From NCBI GenBank assembly GCA_963703345.1, contig OY969814.1, positions 640,001 through 704,000 of the forward strand: a stretch of 64,000 nucleotides of DNA, in the 5' to 3' direction. Origin of the DNA: an uncultured Chloroflexia bacterium. GTDB taxonomy: Bacteria; Chloroflexota; Dehalococcoidia; DSTF01; JALHUB01. The position numbers and the translations under genes are program-made. Under the pieces are notes generated by a model. That model did no database searches. It was not told where the DNA came from and saw only the letters and a list, made by a program, of their open reading frames with translations. How positions within the stretch are numbered: the stretch's first letter is position 1; each line of letters begins with the position of its first letter. Shown piece by piece: positions 59,343-64,000 of this stretch.

Positions 59343-59563
59343 ACGCGCTCCGGGGAGCTAGTAGTGACGTCTCAGACACGCGCTCGGGGAGCTTGTAGCC
59401 ACGCGCTCCGGGGAGCTAGTAGTGACGTCTCAGACACGCGCTCGGGGAGCTTGTAGCCACGCGCTCCGGGCTGCCGGTAGCGACGTCTCAGACACGCGCT
59501 CGGGGAGCTTGTAGCCACGCGCTCCGGGCTGCCGGTAGCGACGCCTCAGACACGCGCTCGGGG
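59343..59563. repeat. Intergenic tandem repeat, about 3.8 copies of a 58-bp unit
   Basis: Units start at 59343, 59401, 59459 and 59517. Each contains two ACGCGCTC(C)GGG cores. Confidence 0.9.
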
Positions 59564-59654
59564 CTACCAGAAGCTAGGCTTCTAACAGCGAGATCGCCGC
59601 TCTCCTTCTGCTATCATGAAAGCGTAGGCCCGGCGTTCGACATTCTCAACCGAC

Positions 59655-60389
59655 ATGCGCATTCTCATCGCCGCCGATATCCACGCCAACCTGGTCGCCC
59701 TCCAGGCCGTCCTGCGCCACGCCCAGGCGGAAGGCCCCATCGACCGCCTCTGGTGCCCCGGCGACGTCGTCGGCTACGGCCCCGACCCGAGAGCCTGCGT
59801 CAACCTCATTCGCGGCTTCTCCCATTTCGCCGTCGCCGGTAACCACGATTTCGCCGCCGTCGGCAAGATCCCTACCACCGACTTCAACGACGCTGCCGCC
59901 CGCGCCGCCGCTTGGACCGCGACGCAATTCACCTATGAACAGCGCCACTATCTTGAAATGCTTCCGGAAGTGGCCTACGAAGGGGACTTCACGCTCGTGC
60001 ACGGCAGCCTGCGGGCACCGCTATGGGAGTACATACTGTCGCTGCCGGCCATGGAGGCGCAATTCCGGCTCATGGAGACGCCCTACAGCGTTATCGGCCA
60101 CTCCCACGTGCCGTTTCTCGCCGAAGAGGGCAACGACGGCAAGGTATGGACTTCCGCCTGGCAGGACGGCGACCTCGTGAACCTTCCCGAGAGCCGCCTG
60201 ATCATCAATCCCGGCGCTGTCGGCCAGCCGCGCGACGGCGACCCTCGTGCCGCCTACGCCCTGTACGATTCCGATTCCCGCGCCATCACCCTCCACCGCG
60301 TCGAATACGACATCGCGGCGACCCAGCAGAAGATCATCGCTGCCGGCCTGCCGGCGTCCTTGGCCGAACGTCTGGCCTATGGGCAGTAG
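59655..60389 (+). CDS. Metallophosphoesterase family protein
   Basis: DIHAN, GDVVGYG, GNHD, GHSH and NPGAVGQPRD motifs. Confidence 0.92.
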   Translation: MRILIAADIHANLVALQAVLRHAQAEGPIDRLWCPGDVVGYGPDPRACVNLIRGFSHFAVAGNHDFAAVGKIPTTDFNDAAARAAAWTATQFTYEQRHYLEMLPEVAYEGDFTLVHGSLRAPLWEYILSLPAMEAQFRLMETPYSVIGHSHVPFLAEEGNDGKVWTSAWQDGDLVNLPESRLIINPGAVGQPRDGDPRAAYALYDSDSRAITLHRVEYDIAATQQKIIAAGLPASLAERLAYGQ

Positions 60390-60474
60390 AGGTTGTGGTT
60401 GCTGCGGGTATAGCCGCGGGGCGCAGTGGTTGTTTCGGTTGCCTGCGGCGATTCCGTGAACGGGGAGTTCTATT

Positions 60475-61455
60475 CTAGGCGGGCGCCTTCGTCCCGACGA
60501 TGCTGTTCAGCCGCTCCTGCACCGCCAGCGCCTCCTCAACCATCCGGTCGATGAGCTCCTTGCACGTCGGCACGTCGTGCACCAGCCCGACGCTCTGGCC
60601 CATGCTCACCAGACCGTCCTCCATGTTGCCCGTGTCGACCACCGCCGGTCCCTGCCGCGAGATCAACGGCAGCATCTCCTCCAGCGTCGCGCCCCTCTTC
60701 TCCAGCTCGACGACCTTCTCGACCACGGAGTTCTTCGCCAGCCGCGACGGGTTCATAATCGACTTCATGCAGTAGACGGTCTCCGTCTCCGCGGCGTGCA
60801 CCATCCACTCCTTGAAAGCCGCCTGCCCGCGGCATTCCTTCGTCGCCATGAAGCGCGTGCCCATGAGCACCGCGTCCGCGCCCAGCGCCAGCGCCGCCAT
60901 CAGCCCGCGACCGTCCGCGAACCCGCCGCCGGCCACCAGCGGCAGCTTCACCGCGTCCGCCGCCGCCGGCGCCAGCACCAGCGACGTCACCTCGTCCATG
61001 CCCGGGTGCCCGCCGGCTTCGTGCCCGACGACACAGACCGCATCCACTCCCAGGCGCTCCGCCGTCTGCGCGTACCTGACGCCCGGCACCTTGTGCATTA
61101 TCTTGACGCCTGCCGCGTGCAGAGGCGCGACAATCGCCGCCGGACTGCGCCCCGAAGTCTCGACGACCGGTATCTTCTCGTCGATCGTTATCTGCACCCA
61201 CTCTTCGACGGGCTGCGGGCGCACAGAGGCGAAAAGGTTGATGTTCAGGCCGATGGGCTTGTCGGTGAGGTCCTTCGCCTTGCGGATGTCTTCCCTGAGC
61301 TCTTCGATGGTCGGGTACGTCGCCGCCGTCAGGAAACCGAGCCCGCCGGCGTTCGCCACCGCGGCGATGAGCTCCGCTCGGCCCACCCAGAACATTCCGC
61401 CGCAAAGGATAGGATACTTGATCCCGAACAGCTTTGTGATGCGGGTCTCCAGCAT
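60475..61455 (-). CDS. Nitronate monooxygenase / FabK-like flavoenzyme
   Basis: YPILCGGM, GHEAGGH, AGGGFADGRG and MGTRF motifs. Confidence 0.9.
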   Translation of the reverse strand: MLETRITKLFGIKYPILCGGMFWVGRAELIAAVANAGGLGFLTAATYPTIEELREDIRKAKDLTDKPIGLNINLFASVRPQPVEEWVQITIDEKIPVVETSGRSPAAIVAPLHAAGVKIMHKVPGVRYAQTAERLGVDAVCVVGHEAGGHPGMDEVTSLVLAPAAADAVKLPLVAGGGFADGRGLMAALALGADAVLMGTRFMATKECRGQAAFKEWMVHAAETETVYCMKSIMNPSRLAKNSVVEKVVELEKRGATLEEMLPLISRQGPAVVDTGNMEDGLVSMGQSVGLVHDVPTCKELIDRMVEEALAVQERLNSIVGTKAPA

Positions 61456-61487
61456 CGAGGGACTCCCTTCAGCATCGACAGGACGCG

Positions 61488-63911
61488 CTATCGGACCACC
61501 GACAGCCTGCTCTTCGCCTCCACGCTCTCCCCATGAAGAGCGGCGTTGAGAACGTCGTCAACGTGGTCCGCCAGAACGAATTCTATCTCCTGTCGGACTT
61601 CGGGAGCAATCTCCTCCAGATCAGGCTCGTTGTCACGCGGCAGCGCGATCCTCTTGATGCCCGCTCGATGCGCCGCCAGCACCTTGTCCCTGATGCCACC
61701 GACCGGCAGCACCTTCCCCCGTAGGGTTATCTCGCCTGTCATCGCGGTGTCTTTGCGCACCGGCCGACGCGTCAGCGCCGACACCAGCGCCGTCGCCATC
61801 GTCACCCCCGCGGAAGGCCCGTCTTTGGGCACCGCGCCGGCGGGGACGTGGATGTGCATGTCGCAGTTGTCGAACGCGCCGGGCTCGATGCCGAGCTCCT
61901 CGGCGCGACTCCGCGCGTACGTGACCGCCGCCTGCGCCGACTCCTGCATAACGTCGCCGAGCTTACCCGTGAGCGTCAGCCGCCCCTTGCCTGGCACGCA
62001 CGTCGCCTCGACGTAGAGGATGTCGCCGCCGAAGGGCGTCGCCGCCATCGCCGTCGCCACGCCCACCTCGTCCTCCTCCGCCGCGACCTCCCAGTGAAAG
62101 CGTCGCGGCCCCAGGAACTTGGGCAGCGATTCCGTTGTCACCGTGATCGCCTCCGTCGAGCCCCGCACCACCTCCCGCGCCGCCCCGCGACAGATCGTGC
62201 CGATCTCGCGCTCCAGGTTCCGCACTCCCGCCTCGTGCGTATAGCTCCGTATGATCTCCAGCAGCGCCTCGTCGGTGATCGTCAGGATGCCCGGCTGGAG
62301 GCCGTTCTGCCCCATCTGCCGCGGCGCCAGGTAGCGTTTCGCTATCTCCAGCTTCTCGTGCTCCGTGTAGCCCGGCAGCTCGATGATCTCCATCCTATCC
62401 AGCAGCGGCGGCGGGATCGTGTCGAAGATGTTCGCCGTCGTGATGAACATCACCTTCGAAAGGTCGAACGCCACGTCCAGGTAGTTGTCGACGAACGTGT
62501 TGTTCTGCTCCGGGTCCAGCACCTCCAGCAGCGCCGACGCCGGGTCGCCGCGGAAATCGACGCCCAGCTTGTCGACCTCGTCCAGCATGAACAACGGATT
62601 GTTCGAGTCGGTCCGCCGTATCTCCTGGATGATGCGCCCCGGTAGCGCCCCGACGTACGTCCGCCGGTGACCGCGTATCTCCGCCTCGTCGCGCATCCCG
62701 CCCAGCGACATCCGGACGAAGCGACGCCCCAGCGCCCGCGATATCGACTGCCCCAGCGACGTCTTGCCGGTGCCCGGCGGCCCCACGAAGCAAAGGATCG
62801 GCCCGCGACTGTCCGCCTTTAGCTTGCGGACGGTCAGAAAGTCCAGGATCCGGCGCTTCACCTTGTCCAGCCCGTAGTGGTCTTCGTTCAGTATCTCCTC
62901 GGCGCGGACGATATCGAGGTTGTCCTCCGTGCTCTTGTCCCAGGGCAGGCTGACGAGCCACTCCAGGTAGTTCCGCGACACCTGGTACTCCGCCGCCGCC
63001 TGTGGCATCGAGCGCATCCGGTCCAGCTCTCGCTCCGCCTCCTTGCGTGCCTCCTCCGGCATGTGCGCTTCTTCCATGCGCTTCTGAAGGTCGCCGATCT
63101 CCGGCGTCAGCTCCGACTCGCCGAGCTCATTCTGGATCGCCTTCAGTTGCTCGCGCAGTATGAACTGGCGCTGCCCCTTCTCCATCTCGCCGCGCACCTT
63201 CGACTGGATGTCCTGCTCTATCTGGAGCACCTCCAGCTCGCGCGTGAGATAGGTGTTGATCAGCCGCAGCCGCTCCTCGATGTTCGCCGCCTCCAGCACC
63301 GATTGCTTATCCTCTGGCTTGATGTTGATGTGCGCGGCGATGAAGTCAGCCAGCAGCCCGCCGGGAGCAATCGTCTCCGCCGCCGCCGCCAGCTCGTCCG
63401 GCAGCGACTCCGTGAGCCCCACCGCCTTCTGGAACTGCGCCAGCGCGCTCCGGTACAGCGCCTCCATCTCAACGCCCGCGTGGTCCTGCTCCGGCACAAT
63501 CTCGGCCTTGACGCGCAGCGACGGCTTCTCCTGCTCCGTCGCGACCAGACGCACCCGCATCAGGCCCTGTATTATCGCCTGGACCGCCCCCGTTGGAGCG
63601 CGCGCCATTCGCAGTATGTTCGCCACCGTACCTATCTGATAGAGCGAACCCGTCGGCGTGCCGTCCGGTCCCGACTTCTGCGCGAACAGCGCCAGCATCT
63701 TGCTCGGGCTGGCGGCCGCCTCCGTCACCGCCTGAACGATAGCCTCGTCGCTCGACGACAGCGGCACCATCAGGCCGGGGAAGAGGACAATCCCGCCGCT
63801 GGCGAACGCCGGCAAGACATCCGGCATCTTGAAGCCGTCTTCCGGCTTCTCCTGCTGTCCGCTATCTCCTTCTGAGACCTTGTCATCCATGGCAGTCCCC
63901 TCGCCTGTCAT
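61488..63911 (-). CDS. lon: ATP-dependent protease La
   Basis: GPPGTGKTS, RRTYVGALPG, PKDGPSAG (catalytic Ser) and GGIRDK. The start may instead be 63890. Confidence 0.97.
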   Translation of the reverse strand: MTGEGTAMDDKVSEGDSGQQEKPEDGFKMPDVLPAFASGGIVLFPGLMVPLSSSDEAIVQAVTEAAASPSKMLALFAQKSGPDGTPTGSLYQIGTVANILRMARAPTGAVQAIIQGLMRVRLVATEQEKPSLRVKAEIVPEQDHAGVEMEALYRSALAQFQKAVGLTESLPDELAAAAETIAPGGLLADFIAAHINIKPEDKQSVLEAANIEERLRLINTYLTRELEVLQIEQDIQSKVRGEMEKGQRQFILREQLKAIQNELGESELTPEIGDLQKRMEEAHMPEEARKEAERELDRMRSMPQAAAEYQVSRNYLEWLVSLPWDKSTEDNLDIVRAEEILNEDHYGLDKVKRRILDFLTVRKLKADSRGPILCFVGPPGTGKTSLGQSISRALGRRFVRMSLGGMRDEAEIRGHRRTYVGALPGRIIQEIRRTDSNNPLFMLDEVDKLGVDFRGDPASALLEVLDPEQNNTFVDNYLDVAFDLSKVMFITTANIFDTIPPPLLDRMEIIELPGYTEHEKLEIAKRYLAPRQMGQNGLQPGILTITDEALLEIIRSYTHEAGVRNLEREIGTICRGAAREVVRGSTEAITVTTESLPKFLGPRRFHWEVAAEEDEVGVATAMAATPFGGDILYVEATCVPGKGRLTLTGKLGDVMQESAQAAVTYARSRAEELGIEPGAFDNCDMHIHVPAGAVPKDGPSAGVTMATALVSALTRRPVRKDTAMTGEITLRGKVLPVGGIRDKVLAAHRAGIKRIALPRDNEPDLEEIAPEVRQEIEFVLADHVDDVLNAALHGESVEAKSRLSVVR

Positions 63912-64000
63912 CGTTCGCCCTGCCTTCGTATCGAGACCCGCACCTGGCGCGGAGGCTGGTCCGGCACCTTCGGCAGTACGATCCGCAGGAAACCGTCAGC

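Noticed and set aside
59343-59563. CRISPR array
   Set aside because: The intervening sequences are repeated rather than unique, the cores are only about 12 bp, and there are no cas genes.

Overview
GC-rich bacterial window, most likely Chloroflexota/Dehalococcoidia (inferred from protein-family resemblance, not verified). Left end (1-6.9 kb): a large serine-recombinase element with HNH and hypothetical cargo, inserted into the portal gene of a phage/GTA-like packaging cluster whose terminase is doubly frameshifted. That cluster has a LexA-box-like promoter that recurs almost identically 17 kb away, in front of an isolated virion-like gene. 7-21 kb: YqeK/HIT, HtpX, a TetR-controlled acyl-CoA dehydrogenase operon, an acquired P-loop ATPase, flavin reductase, macro domain and DUF72 genes. 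21.5-52.4 kb is the main discovery candidate. An ECF sigma/anti-sigma pair is followed by 12 exported proteins carrying two kinds of cohesin-like domain, two kinds of dockerin-like Ca-binding module, a 5-cohesin Pro/Thr-stalked scaffoldin and PxTG[D/S]G sorting signals. Four tandem class F sortases follow, and no glycoside hydrolase is recognisable. This suggests a sortase-anchored, non-cellulolytic cohesin-dockerin surface assembly with a shared ECF-type promoter. Right end: two tRNA-Ser genes, a small islet, mnmA, rsfS (CTG start), ndk, tsaB, tsaE, thiL, a 58-bp tandem repeat, a metallophosphoesterase, a nitronate monooxygenase-family gene and lon. All domain calls are by-eye motif recognition and need HMM or structure confirmation.
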